NCBI GenBank assembly: GCA_965209155.1
Contig: OZ242383.1
Span: 1,504,001 to 1,568,000 of the forward strand
Reading direction: 5' to 3'
DNA from: a bacterium
Lineage (GTDB): Bacteria > SAR324 > NAC60-12
Length of the DNA stretch: 64,000 nucleotides
Below are positions 50,633 to 60,797 of this stretch, piece by piece. Position numbers and translations under genes: made by a program. Position 1 is the stretch's first letter. Every line of letters begins with the position of its first letter. Below the pieces are notes generated by a model. The model saw only the letters and a program-made list of their open reading frames with translations. It ran no database searches and had not been told where the DNA came from.

Positions 50633-51258
50633 TGGGACTCTCCCGGTAGGTTTGATGAAGTCAAATTTGAACCTACTATCAGGAGAAAGCCCCATGAAAT
50701 TAGAATTGACAGTAACGGAATTTAAAGAAATGTTCAATACTCTTCAAAGCCCGGATGGATTATTGGAGCAGTTGCGAGTGGATTTAAGCCATCAAGGCGG
50801 AATCAGTACCCGCAGCCTGGATTTATTCTCGAAGCGCTTGATTGGGAGAAGTATTTCTCATACTGAGATCTCGTTGGCCGATAGAGAACTGCAAGCAGCC
50901 GCGGAAACCTGGAGAGAACGCGATCTTTCTGAGGAGCGTTACAAATACCTTTTCATCGATGGGGTCCATTTCAAGATGCGCGTGAAAGACAGTATTGAAA
51001 ACATTCCAGTGCTCGCGGTCATTGGAGTGAACCAAGACGGGTACAAAACTGTTTTAGCGCTGCAACAGGGAGATAAGGAATCTGCCTCCAATTGGAGAGA
51101 GTTGTTCAAGGACTTGAAAGAGCGAGGATTGGATTCCGCTTCCGTCGAATTGGCAGTGATGGATGGCTTAGCAGGATTGGAAAAAGTGTTCAAAGAAGAG
51201 TTTTCCCAGGCCAAAGTGCAACGATGTCAAGTCCATGTGGCCAGAAACGTGCTGGCTT
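50633..51258 (+). pseudogene. IS256-family transposase remnant, internally deleted and truncated
   Basis: GISTR, YLFIDG, GDKES, DGLAGL and QRCQVH motifs; N-terminus joined directly to GISTR; C-terminal half absent. Confidence 0.8.
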
Positions 51259-51472
51259 TTGTTTGCCTCCGTACTTACCTTTCATAAACTCATTTACATT
51301 ATACCCAAACAAGTTATAGTTTAAAACGATTCTCCCAGATATATAGAATCGAGGTCTTCTCAAGCAATGAGTAGGAAGGAATATTACAATTTTGATTCAG
51401 ATTGAATCGGTTGAAACCGCTTTTGAATGGTTTGGACTGAACTATGAATTTGATGAAGGAATCATTTAAGAA

Positions 51473-51919
51473 TTAGATTGTCCAATTTTCATATTGGAAT
51501 TGTGGATATATTTCTTGAAGGCTTTGGTAAATGTCGTCATTCGCAACGAGAACGCTCGATTCAGTGAGAGCAGTGCTGGCAACAATCAAATCTATATTGT
51601 ATTTTCGCATTCCTTTTGTTGTTGTCCCTCTTGATTTTCTTATCAGTGCTTTTATTTCTCCATAGATCGAAGCAAATCTTCTTGTTATCGGTACGACCTC
51701 AAAGCGTTGTTCTACATCTCGAAGTTGCTTAGTCAATTGATCTTTTTTTATCTCAGGAGCATTGTAAATACTGTATTCCAGTTCAAATATGGTGATTAGA
51801 GAAACTTGGATCCTGTCCTCATCTTGCAGATTTGTGAATCTTTCACGAACGGAAGTATATATAGTGGACTTGGGATCGTACAAGTAGGAAAGAATATCTG
51901 AATCAAGAATATATTTCAT
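51473..51919 (-). CDS. VapC-like PIN-domain toxin
   Basis: YILDSDIL, ITIFEL and IDLIVASTAL...LVANDD. Confidence 0.85.
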   Translation of the reverse strand: MKYILDSDILSYLYDPKSTIYTSVRERFTNLQDEDRIQVSLITIFELEYSIYNAPEIKKDQLTKQLRDVEQRFEVVPITRRFASIYGEIKALIRKSRGTTTKGMRKYNIDLIVASTALTESSVLVANDDIYQSLQEIYPQFQYENWTI

Positions 51920-51928
51920 TGGTGAAAT

Positions 51929-52165
51929 TTATACTCCTTCATCCTTCCTGAATTCTTTGACCGTTTCCCGAAAAAATTCTGAAGTTTCATGAGAAATTCC
52001 TAAATTTGCCATTTCTTCTGCTGCCTTTTCCCATTTAGAAGTTTGTGATCCTTGTGCCTGAGTGTTTATAGGCTTGATACCTAAAGTTTTTTCAAGCTCT
52101 TCAATAGGCATGGAATCTATTTTCCTTGCTGTTTCAGGTCTCAGATCATTTCTTTTTACCTGCAT
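51929..52165 (-). CDS. Probable antitoxin partner of the PIN toxin
   Basis: 78-aa ORF directly upstream of the PIN gene; start ATG 52165 after GAAGGGGG. Confidence 0.55.
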   Translation of the reverse strand: MQVKRNDLRPETARKIDSMPIEELEKTLGIKPINTQAQGSQTSKWEKAAEEMANLGISHETSEFFRETVKEFRKDEGV

Positions 52166-52255
52166 TCTGCCCCCTTCGATGGTGTTCTGTGACACAATGA
52201 AGAAATTATAAAAGTTTACTTTGTTATTGTACACATTTGATGTGTTGGAGGCAAA

Positions 52256-52546
52256 TGATCTTCCGTCAAAAAAGTGGACACGGAGTGAAGAGAAATTTAT
52301 GATCAATGGCAATCATAAAAGGAGGTGTCCAATGGGTCAAAATAGCACTTGTAAAAGATACAGTCGAGAATTTAAGCTTGAAGCGGTGAAGATGGTAACC
52401 AGTGGAGGATATTCGGGCCCTCAAATTGCGGGAGAATTAGGGATTTCTCAAAAGAGTCTATATGATTGGAAAAAGAAATTGGAGCAACAAGGGATTTTAG
52501 CTTTTCCTGGTCCAGGCCGCCTCGATCTGAAAGACGCGGAAATCCG
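52256..52546 (+). mobile_element. IS3-family left end and truncated OrfA
   Basis: TG...AAAAGTGGACAC end; KRYSREFKLEAVKMV...IAGELGI..LYDWKK...AFPG.G HTH domain. Confidence 0.75.
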
Positions 52547-52547
52547 C

Positions 52548-52650
52548 TGCATATTAGCGTTGATCTTGAAATAGAGGAAACACAGGGGAAAAACCAGGAA
52601 GAACTCGCCGAAGAAGTACGCCAAGCCTATTATATGAAGCAATATCTCAA
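52548..52650 (+). pseudogene. UPF0175-like antitoxin fragment
   Basis: HISVDLEIEETQGKNQEELAEEVRQAYYMKQYL; weak resemblance only. Confidence 0.3.
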
Positions 52651-52885
52651 TGTCAGAATCAACAGATCCCATCCTATTCTCTTACCTCCGCATAGGTTTC
52701 TTAAGATACGATCAAATTTTAGCCGGGATCAATCTCTTTACTTTTGAAGGAGAGCAAGGAAAATTTTCTTCTCCCTTCCCATTCAGAAATATTACTAGAA
52801 TAATCTCCGAAAAAGCAGTATTACAGGAAGCAATTCTATTTCATAGAGGAATCACAATGTGACTGCTGAGGGAATCCCTAACGTG

Positions 52886-52986
52886 AAGTGCTTGTTCTGC
52901 AAGCTGATGGTGGTCCGTTGGTGGGGATGTCACTGCTTTATGGAAATCGCGTGATGCTAGAAGTTGTAGACAATGGCGATGTGACT
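52886..52986 (+). pseudogene. C-terminal fragment of a clan AA aspartic-protease-like gene, interrupted by IS256
   Basis: VLVLQADGGPLVGMSLLYGNRVMLEVVDNGDVT continues as IDSYET after the IS. Confidence 0.55.
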
Positions 52987-54377
52987 CGAGTTATAGTCAA
53001 ATTCTGGGGATGGCAATTCAGGCGGCGATCCTGTATTGAGGAATTCCATCGACAAATTGTACTCCCTCTATCACTTCGGCTAATCGTTTAAATCCGTGTA
53101 ATCGGATCCAATTTTTCTGAGCGGATTCCATTAATTTGAATGCCATCGTCAAGACGGTATTTCTTGAGAAACAACCTCTGACTTTGGCAGTTCTCAGTTT
53201 GACAGTAGCGAAGGTGGATTCAATGGGATTGCTCGTTCTCAAATGCCTCCAATGCTCTGCCGGGAAATCATAGAAGGCCATCAAGGTCTCCTGATCTTTA
53301 ATCAAGCAGTGAGTGGCTTTAGGATATTTCGCCTCATACATGTCAACAAAATGCTTTAAGGCTTTGAAAGCTTCCTCTTTGCTGCTGGCCATCCAAATTT
53401 GATGGAGACGATCCTTGGCTTTATGATGCTCCCTTTTTGGTAAATAGTTGAGAATGTTTCCCGTTTTGTGCATCCAACAACGCTGCTCTTTGCTCTGAGG
53501 ATAGACTTTTTTCAAAGCTTTCCAAAATCCCATCGCTCCGTCTCCCACAGCGATTTTAGGGGCCTCAGTCAATCCCCGGTGCTTCAGATCCATCAGCAGT
53601 TCCCTCCAGGATTGCTCACTTTCCCGGTAGCCATCTTCCAAGGCAACGAGCTCTTTATCTCCATTTTCTGTTGCCCCCACAATCACCAAGAGGCATTGTT
53701 TATCTTTATCCATTCTCACATTGCAATACACGCCATCGACCCAGAGATAAACATAATGACTCTGGGAGAGATCCCGTTGTTTCCAGGCTTTCCAATCCTC
53801 ATACCAGCTTGATTTAAGACGGCTCACTGTCGCTGAAGACAAGCCCGCCGCTCTTTTACCTAAAATCGCTGCGAGCGCCTCCTGAAAGCCACCAGTGGAA
53901 ATCCCTTTCAGATACAGCCAGGGAATCAGGGCTTCAATACTTTTACTTTTCCTCAGATAAGGGGGGATCAACTTGGAAGAAAATCGAATCCTTTCCTCTG
54001 ATGAGGTGCTTTGACGATCTTTACTCCGCGGAACTTTCACGGATATAGAACCAATTCCCGTCTGAATCTCCCGATCTTGATGATAACCATGACGAACCAC
54101 TCGCTGACGTCCATCCGAGAGTCGATAGGACTGATATTCCTTCATGAATATTTCCATCTCCAATTCCAACGCTTCAGAAAGTATCTTCCTGGCTTTCACT
54201 CTCAAAAGTTCACTCAAATGATCTTCAATAATTTGCTCTGGCTTCTCCAGATCAATCACGTTATAGTTGCTCATCGGCGTATCCTTTCTTTGATGTAATT
54301 CTATTTATTTTAAATTCCCATCAATAGGATACGCCACCTTCAAATTTAGTCCATCCCCAACTTTCGACTATATCTCC
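52987..54377 (-). mobile_element. IS256-family element, apparently complete
   Basis: Inverted ends GAG(T/A)TATAGTC...TGGGGATGG; 9-bp duplication GATGTGACT at 52978-52986 and 54378-54386. Confidence 0.9.
53018..54274 (-). CDS. IS256 (Mutator-type) transposase
   Basis: YLWVDG, GDGAMGFW, QRCWMHK and RTSNPIES motifs. Confidence 0.93.
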   Translation of the reverse strand: MSNYNVIDLEKPEQIIEDHLSELLRVKARKILSEALELEMEIFMKEYQSYRLSDGRQRVVRHGYHQDREIQTGIGSISVKVPRSKDRQSTSSEERIRFSSKLIPPYLRKSKSIEALIPWLYLKGISTGGFQEALAAILGKRAAGLSSATVSRLKSSWYEDWKAWKQRDLSQSHYVYLWVDGVYCNVRMDKDKQCLLVIVGATENGDKELVALEDGYRESEQSWRELLMDLKHRGLTEAPKIAVGDGAMGFWKALKKVYPQSKEQRCWMHKTGNILNYLPKREHHKAKDRLHQIWMASSKEEAFKALKHFVDMYEAKYPKATHCLIKDQETLMAFYDFPAEHWRHLRTSNPIESTFATVKLRTAKVRGCFSRNTVLTMAFKLMESAQKNWIRLHGFKRLAEVIEGVQFVDGIPQYRIAA

Positions 54378-54572
54378 GATGTGACTATTGATTCATATGA
54401 AACCATTCGAAAACAACGAAATAGCGAAGCTTGACCCGGTTTCCTATTGAAGGACCGATCCACTTCAGCCAGTTTTCACTGCTGTTGTATGAAATTTTTG
54501 GCAAGACCTGGTTTGAAAACGGTTGTATCAGTGCGCATTATTTAAATGATGTTAAAATTTTATTATTAAATT

Positions 54573-55034
54573 TCAATAGTTTACAACCTCGCTTTGAAAG
54601 GACTGTTCTTGAAGTCCTATTACTAATTGCCTTCCTATCGTTGCTAAAGCTGCCTCAATTCTTGGGAGCTTTGAAGAATGTCGAGGATTCAGCAATCTTC
54701 GAATCTCCTTTTCATCACAATGCAAACGCTTAGCAAGCTCAACCTTGGAAATACCTCCCTCTTTCATCGTGAGATAGAGTGCTGCTTTTGCGGACATCTG
54801 GACCGGAAGTAAAATCGAATATTCTCCTTTTTTACGATTAGAAGGGGTTGGTATAGATAAATCCATTACAATCCGATTGGCAATTGCTTCTTCAAGACAG
54901 TCGACTGCTTCAGATAAGGCATCTTTGATATTTTCTCCTTGGGTAATTGCTTCGGGCAAGTCTCGAAATGTAACAACAAATCCCCCATCTTCTTTATCGG
55001 GTTTGAGTTTCATTGGATAAACAAAGTTCTGCAT
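54573..55034 (-). CDS. hicB: HicB antitoxin
   Basis: GGFVVTFRDLPEAITQGE plus a C-terminal HTH. Confidence 0.88.
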   Translation of the reverse strand: MQNFVYPMKLKPDKEDGGFVVTFRDLPEAITQGENIKDALSEAVDCLEEAIANRIVMDLSIPTPSNRKKGEYSILLPVQMSAKAALYLTMKEGGISKVELAKRLHCDEKEIRRLLNPRHSSKLPRIEAALATIGRQLVIGLQEQSFQSEVVNY

Positions 55035-55043
55035 AACTACCTC

Positions 55044-55256
55044 TTATAAATCTTCCAATTTCAGATTAAGCTGATCGAGCATGGCATGTAAGGTTCCCTT
55101 TTTAAGTTCATCTTTTGGATTTCTTACAATTGTAAAAGCCGCCCCATAAAAGAGTGTACCATGACTCCCTTTGCCACGTTGCGTGACAAAACGAACTTCA
55201 ATCCCGCTTTTACGCCCCAACTTCTTAATTTTTCGAATAAATTCATTTCCTGTCAT
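55044..55256 (-). CDS. hicA: HicA toxin
   Basis: GKGSH motif and ELKKGTLHAML; lies upstream of hicB. Confidence 0.85.
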   Translation of the reverse strand: MTGNEFIRKIKKLGRKSGIEVRFVTQRGKGSHGTLFYGAAFTIVRNPKDELKKGTLHAMLDQLNLKLEDL

Positions 55257-55380
55257 ATAAGTAAAATCGGACAATAATGACCGGATGTCAAGTGGAATTA
55301 GACGCTATTGTGGAATGGATGGGGCAAGTCTTGGTTTTCACCCTTTTTACTAAACCTCTTCTTCAAGATTTGCCTCTTTT

Positions 55381-55452
55381 ATTAGCTGGGATCGGAATCT
55401 TTCTCTTGAAGGAGAGCAGGGAGCCGTTCGACTTCCGCAAGCGCTTTTTCTC
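55381..55452 (-). pseudogene. 3' fragment of a Uma2-gene paralogue
   Basis: Closely matches 33950-34020 (EKALAEVERL..LLQEKD.DP*). Confidence 0.7.
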
Positions 55453-55458
55453 CATATC

Positions 55459-55906
55459 TTGCATGGAGACTTCGGGAAGTCTTTATGGACAGGCATTCCT
55501 GTGACATATCATATAGGGCGTAGTTTTCCGGTATCCTTTCAACTTGCTCTCATGGCTATGATAGTAGCTCTCCTGGTAGCCTTCCCCATAGCTATGTACT
55601 CAGCGATACGTCAAGATACCTGGGGTGACTATACAGGACGCAGCCTGTCTATAGCCTTTTTGTGCATTCCCGCCTTCTGGCTGGGAACTATGGTGATGGT
55701 CTACCCCTCCATCTGGTTGGACTGGACGCCACCTTTGGAGTACGTTCCTTTTTTCGAGAATCCGATAGCAAACCTGCAAATCATGATAATCCCGGCTTTC
55801 ATCCTCGGCATGGTTGTGTCGGGAATATGCATGAGAATGACACGCACCACGATGCTGGAGGTGCTGAGAGAGGATTACATCAGGACTGCCTGGTCAAAGG
55901 GACTTA
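55459..55906 (+). pseudogene. Internal fragment of a DppB-like permease
   Basis: HGDFGKSLW...SAIRQDT...DYIRTAWSKGL; 5' part missing and 3' end cut by the IS5 derivative. Confidence 0.8.
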
Positions 55907-56344
55907 AGAAACCGTTTGGTTAAATAAGACACATTGCTAAGGTCACTTTGATCATGGCAATACGAATCATATTTTCAGCAGTGTTTGTGAGGATTTCAGA
56001 ATCTTTGGATAGTCTTCTGAATCCGCCGAACCAAGCGAATGTGCGCTCGACAACTTGCCAAATCCCTCTTTGATTCCAGCGGCGATAATGATCATAAACG
56101 CTTTGCCAGGGAGGAAAATCATGGGGAAGCATTCTCCACTGACAACCCGATTTCACTACATATAAAACCGCATTGACGATGGTATGTTTGCTATGAATAC
56201 TCTTGGCCCCTCGGGGGTCAGAACGTCTAAAAAAATGTTCAATCTCAGACCATTCTTGATCGCATAAATTGCTTGGATACATCAATCTCCTTTTAAAAAA
56301 ATGGAAATTTAGTAAACATGCAATTTTTTATCCAAACAGTCTCT
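55907..56344 (-). mobile_element. Internally deleted IS5-family element (438 bp)
   Basis: Inverted ends AGA(A/G)AC(C/T)GTTTGG(T/A)TAAA flanked by TA; ORF 55920..56285 joins YPSNL...GCQWRMLP..FPPW directly to VVERTFAW..RRL. Confidence 0.8.
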
Positions 56345-56351
56345 TAGTTAA

Positions 56352-56475
56352 AGCTAACGGCGAAATAACCGGGCCACTTTTCGCTTAAATTGAAAAATGA
56401 TTTTGGTATTTGCATCGTTCTTGAATCGATGCGAAGTGCGCTGTATTAAGGCTCCGGTTCATTGACCGGTTAGCT
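56352..56475 (-). other. Integron attC-like recombination site (124 bp)
   Basis: Minus strand AGCTAAC-CGGTC-AATGAACCGGAGCC...GGCCCGGTTATT-TCGCC-GTTAGCT, with two unpaired bases on the left arm. Confidence 0.65.
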
Positions 56476-56484
56476 ATGCTGTGA

Positions 56485-56739
56485 TTAGGAGAGTTCGGCA
56501 TCTATTTCTTTTTCAACTTCCTCAAGTGAGAAAGTTGTTTTATATTTGCTACGTTCATCTAAAAATTTTTGGAAGCTCTCACTATTTCGGAGCGCTTCCA
56601 CTTCTGTTTCAAAATCATCTGCTTTGCTGATAATAAACTCTTCCCCATTACCTACGACCAACAATACAGGTTCATTCCGGGCAAAACTAAAGATCTGTGA
56701 TAATTTTAAATTTTCTTTGTTCAGATCGATTGCTTTCAT
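56485..56739 (-). CDS. Small antitoxin-like protein (Phd-like)
   Basis: 84 aa; overlaps an upstream RelE-like C-terminal remnant (LISVGSKDHNILYIRGNEVKI*, ~56736-56803). Confidence 0.55.
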   Translation of the reverse strand: MKAIDLNKENLKLSQIFSFARNEPVLLVVGNGEEFIISKADDFETEVEALRNSESFQKFLDERSKYKTTFSLEEVEKEIDAELS

Positions 56740-56805
56740 ATCTTTACCTCGTTTCCACGAATATAGAGAATGTTATGGTCTTTGCTGCCGACGGAAATAA
56801 GAGAA

Positions 56806-57114
56806 TTAAGCATGAGAGTGAGGAGAAACTACATCAAACTTAACACCCAAAGCAAATAATAAACGACGTATTGTTTCAAAGTGCGGTTTCGCGCCAGGTT
56901 TTAGAGCTTTGTATAAACTTTCTCTTCCAAGGCCAGCGTTTTCAGCAACTGTTGAGATACCCCTCGCCTTTGCCACATCACGTACCGCGATTAGAAACAC
57001 ATCCGGATCAGGGTTTTCCAACGCAACTGAAAGGTACTCCGCGATTGTCTCCTCATTGTCAAGGTAATCACTTGCGTCAAATGGAGCAATACCAAGTCGA
57101 TTTTCTTTTTTCAT
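56806..57114 (-). CDS. Addiction-module antidote protein (HigA-like HTH)
   Basis: FDASDYLD, VAKARG and AGLGRESLYKAL...PHFETI. Confidence 0.88.
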   Translation of the reverse strand: MKKENRLGIAPFDASDYLDNEETIAEYLSVALENPDPDVFLIAVRDVAKARGISTVAENAGLGRESLYKALKPGAKPHFETIRRLLFALGVKFDVVSPHSHA

Positions 57115-57418
57115 GATTCTTCCTCTTTTAACACCTTTGCCACATTATGAGCTTTGGCAATATCTCTTTGTTGATTACGCTTAATCCCACCACAGAGCAG
57201 AATATAAACTACTGGTCCAATTTGAGTAAAATATAGACGGTAGCCTGGACCAAAGTGAATTCGCATTTCTGATACACCTTGACCAACTGAATCACAATCA
57301 CCAAAGTTTCCATGCTCAGCGGTTCGAACTCTTGCGAGAATGCGAGCTTTTCCACGTGCATCCTTGAGTTTTTTTTGAGCCATGCATCAAAAACTTCTGT
57401 TCGGAGTATAGTATTCAT
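57111..57418 (-). pseudogene. RelE/HigB addiction-module killer, frameshifted in an A8 run
   Basis: MNTILRTEVFDAWLKK and LKDARGKARI...GNFGD..VGQGVSEMRIHFGPGYRLY lie in different frames; T8 at 57369-57376. Confidence 0.8.
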
Positions 57419-57891
57419 ACTTTCAGAGTTTCCGACTAGATACAAATGATCAAGCCCTGTACTGCCATCCCAACGCAGAGTTCTCCCGGTTTTCACCATA
57501 GCATAAGAATGAAAATTATACTTCTAAATTCATGTTGCTTGATGAGCGAACCGGCTGTGGTGAAAATCGGGAGCAACGACTTGTTCGGTTATTTTGATTA
57601 TTTTACAGAAGGAGCGTATTTCTTGATACTTTGCAATTTGTCTCTGAGGCTGCATCGGCAAGACAAGTATCAATATCCTCCGCCTTCAAATTCGGAAAGA
57701 GGTTTCCCCGTTATCTCAGCGGAGCATCGAAACGCGTGCCGAGTGCGCATCACTCCTTGAAATGATTTGCTCTGCATCCCATGCTTTTCGCTCCTGGAAG
57801 GGCAGGATTGCCCTGTATTTTCAAAAACTGAAACAGAGAGCAGCGAGAATCAACTTCAGGATGAGACCAGCACGCGCCACTGAGGAGTGAA

Positions 57892-58967
57892 GAGGAGCAA
57901 AAAAATCGATTGACCTCCTCGAAATATTGTTATAGACAGAGGATATTGATGGGGATCATGAAATCTACCAGGATTTTGCCATCATTGTTCTTTTGTGATC
58001 GTTTTCAAGAAATCGTTTTTTGCTGAAGATTTTTAAGAATTTGGGCTGGTTTTTCGTTTTCTTTATTATAATTTTCAATGAAATTACCTTGGGCTGAAGG
58101 TTTTCTTTCAATTTTGCTCCTATTGATTGAGCAGAAAGACATGCAAACCTCATCTCCTCCCCAACGGTTTTTCAGAAACGGTCAACGGGAATGGAAAAGT
58201 GCCAGAAATGTTGACTTCTGGCTCTCACTATGAAAAAAACAGTTTCGTTGATCATCAGAAGACACTCGTGAATGAATGAGTCACCCTGTTTAAAAAAAGC
58301 TTGACCATCAGTTGCAGATCGACTATACAATATTTAATTCAAAGGACGGAAGGGCAATCAGGCGATCCATCGCTTTGCTGCTCGTCGAACCGTCAGGATG
58401 ACATGAAAGTCTGAAATTAACCCGTTTCAAGTATAAATATTTCTTGACATAAGGTTAATATGAGAGTATCATTCAATTACCCGGCACCCCAAGTTCTAAG
58501 TTCCCAGCTCCCTGTTACAGTTCCAAACTGCAAACTCCAATTTCTAAGTCTCAAACCCCAAATTCACTGGGTTGTCCCCCCTTTCTCGACGGGACCGTAC
58601 GCGGAAGCAGCGCCCACTCCGAGGGGGAGAGATCCTTGAATTGCCCCTCCGTCCATTTCAGCAAATGGAAATGCCTCGAGCAATTTGAAAGATCAGGGTT
58701 CATGGCCCCATCGTGGAGCCAGTGAATCGGTTTTTTTGATCACTCCAAAATGAAGGAGACCCCATGTGTAGAGAAAACGTCGAGAACGTGCTTTCGGGAA
58801 CGAAAGCAGGTTTTAAAGCAACCCGCAATCTTGTTTTTAATCAAAACGCAGAAAGTAGCACCATGAACTGTCAAAAAAGTAGAAGCATCGTCGAGAACGT
58901 GCTTTCGGGAACGAAAGCAGGTTTTAAAGCAATCCTTAATTTTGAACATACAATCGAAAGGAAAAAG
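57892..58967 (+). promoter_or_regulatory. Long conserved leader of SBP unit 3 (copy 2)
   Basis: Paralogous to 45523-46831; includes TTGACA-17 bp-TATCAT at ~58444-58472. Confidence 0.8.
58563..58737 (+). ncRNA. Candidate structured cis-regulatory RNA (copy 2), family unassigned
   Basis: Closing stem TTCACTGG/CCAGTGAA; same internal stems and T7 tract as copy 1. Confidence 0.5.
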
Positions 58968-60797
58968 ATGGAAAATCAAAAAAGCAAATCAACCTTCAGT
59001 GCAATCCTGCTCACCCTCACCCTGATGGTGGCCTCATTTTGGGTCAGCCCGGCTGCAGCCCAGAAGTATGTGACGGACCCCAGTACTGGAAAGGTAGTGA
59101 CCGCACCAGAATACGGCGGCACATTGACCTATCCCCACAAACTTGTTGGGGAGACTACTGACCCGTTCCGATCGGGCGGCTCGGCTGCCCACCAAATCGG
59201 CTCGGTTAATCAGCATCTCGGCACCGGGGACTGGGGAATAAATAGGGAGGTCTATGACTATAGAGACACTTACCCCCCTGATTTTACAATAACAGGGCAG
59301 TTGGCGGAAAGCTGGGAAACTCCCGACCCTCTGACTTATATCTTCCACATCCGCCAGGGCGTTCATTACGCCCTTGATCAAAATAGTGAGGCCAGCCGCT
59401 TAGTAAACGGACGAGAACTCATAGCCGATGATGTCGTATATACCTATCAGCGTAATAACGTTCTGGGCGACTTCACCGAACAACCCGGCTTCTCTTATGG
59501 GGCGATCAAGCTGCCGTGGGAATCGATAGAGGCCACCGACAAATATACCGTTGTTATGAAGCTGAAGGATCCATCCCTCATTGCGCTAAGGCTTATGCTC
59601 GGCGAAGGTATGCAGTTTATATTACCCCCCGAGGTAATCGAGAAATACGGTAACTATGAGAATTGGAAGAACGTGGTCGGCACCGGGCCCCTCATGCTGA
59701 CTGACTATGTTGAAGGCGTCTCTATCACATGGGACAAGAATCCCGACTACTGGGGCTACGACCCAAAATACCCGCGGAACCGCTTGCCCTATATCGACAA
59801 GCTGAGAGCCCTGCTTATACCCGAAGAAGCATCACGTCTGGCGGCATTACGCACGGGTAAGGTCGACATAATATCTCAAGCCGGCGGCGGCAGTGACCTG
59901 AATTCCCTCGACGTGGTAAGGAGCCTCCAGCGGACCAACCCCGAAATCGAGATATGGCCATATTACCAGCGGGCGTTTACGGTTTATACTCTGAACATAC
60001 GCAATCCGCCCTTGGACGACATCAGGGTGCGCCACGCACTGCAGATGGCACTGGACCTCGAGACGATTAATGATACCTACCATGGCGGTTATGCAAGGTG
60101 GGAACCTATGGGGGGGCTTGCCGTCAAGCCGTATCTCTTCCCATTTGAAGAGTGGCCCGAAGAGCTCAAGCAATACTACCGGTATGACCCGCAAGGTGCT
60201 GAGAAGCTCCTGGATGAGGCTGGATATCCGCGCGGCGTGGACGGCGTTCGATTCAAGCTCAAACATGACCACCGCGACATCATGGATTTGGGCTATGCGG
60301 AAATAGCTGCCGGCTACTGGGCTGAGATTGGCATTGAGGTACAGATTAATGTAGTACCCGGGTTGACTTGGTGGGGCAACAGAGGAGGGTCTGATGGAGA
60401 TGAGGGAGACATTAATTATGAGATGAGCACAGGCGACAGTGGCTTTTATAGCTCTCCTACCGTGTGGGTAGGCTTTTATACCACGGCCTTAACATCACTA
60501 CGCGAATACCAGGGTGGAAACAACACGGGCGGAAAGGAGACTCCTGAGCTGACCGCCGCCTACGATGCCTTTATCGCCGCTACCACTGAAGAGGAGCAAC
60601 TGAGGGCATTCAGAGAGTATGATTTGATCCTGTTAAAGCAGCACAATCAGATATGGGGTCCCATGGCTCCAAGGTATCAGGTGAACCAGCCATGGGTCAA
60701 AGGTTTTAACGGTGAAATGATGCTGGAAGAGTCGGGCGTAAATGACGTCCTCGTCCACCTTTGGATTGATCAGGAACTGAAGGACAGGATGCAGTAA
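58968..60797 (+). CDS. ABC substrate-binding protein, family 5 (unit 3); in-frame alternative start at 58764
   Basis: Same MENQKSKSTFSAILL start as unit 2; PEYGG, LAESWE, GTGP and YDPQGAEKLLDEAG. Confidence 0.88.
   Translation: MENQKSKSTFSAILLTLTLMVASFWVSPAAAQKYVTDPSTGKVVTAPEYGGTLTYPHKLVGETTDPFRSGGSAAHQIGSVNQHLGTGDWGINREVYDYRDTYPPDFTITGQLAESWETPDPLTYIFHIRQGVHYALDQNSEASRLVNGRELIADDVVYTYQRNNVLGDFTEQPGFSYGAIKLPWESIEATDKYTVVMKLKDPSLIALRLMLGEGMQFILPPEVIEKYGNYENWKNVVGTGPLMLTDYVEGVSITWDKNPDYWGYDPKYPRNRLPYIDKLRALLIPEEASRLAALRTGKVDIISQAGGGSDLNSLDVVRSLQRTNPEIEIWPYYQRAFTVYTLNIRNPPLDDIRVRHALQMALDLETINDTYHGGYARWEPMGGLAVKPYLFPFEEWPEELKQYYRYDPQGAEKLLDEAGYPRGVDGVRFKLKHDHRDIMDLGYAEIAAGYWAEIGIEVQINVVPGLTWWGNRGGSDGDEGDINYEMSTGDSGFYSSPTVWVGFYTTALTSLREYQGGNNTGGKETPELTAAYDAFIAATTEEEQLRAFREYDLILLKQHNQIWGPMAPRYQVNQPWVKGFNGEMMLEESGVNDVLVHLWIDQELKDRMQ

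Noticed and set aside
58778..58932. CRISPR array
   Set aside because: Only two repeats with a 67-bp gap and no cas genes; the heptamer and REP-like repeats also lack repeat-spacer structure.
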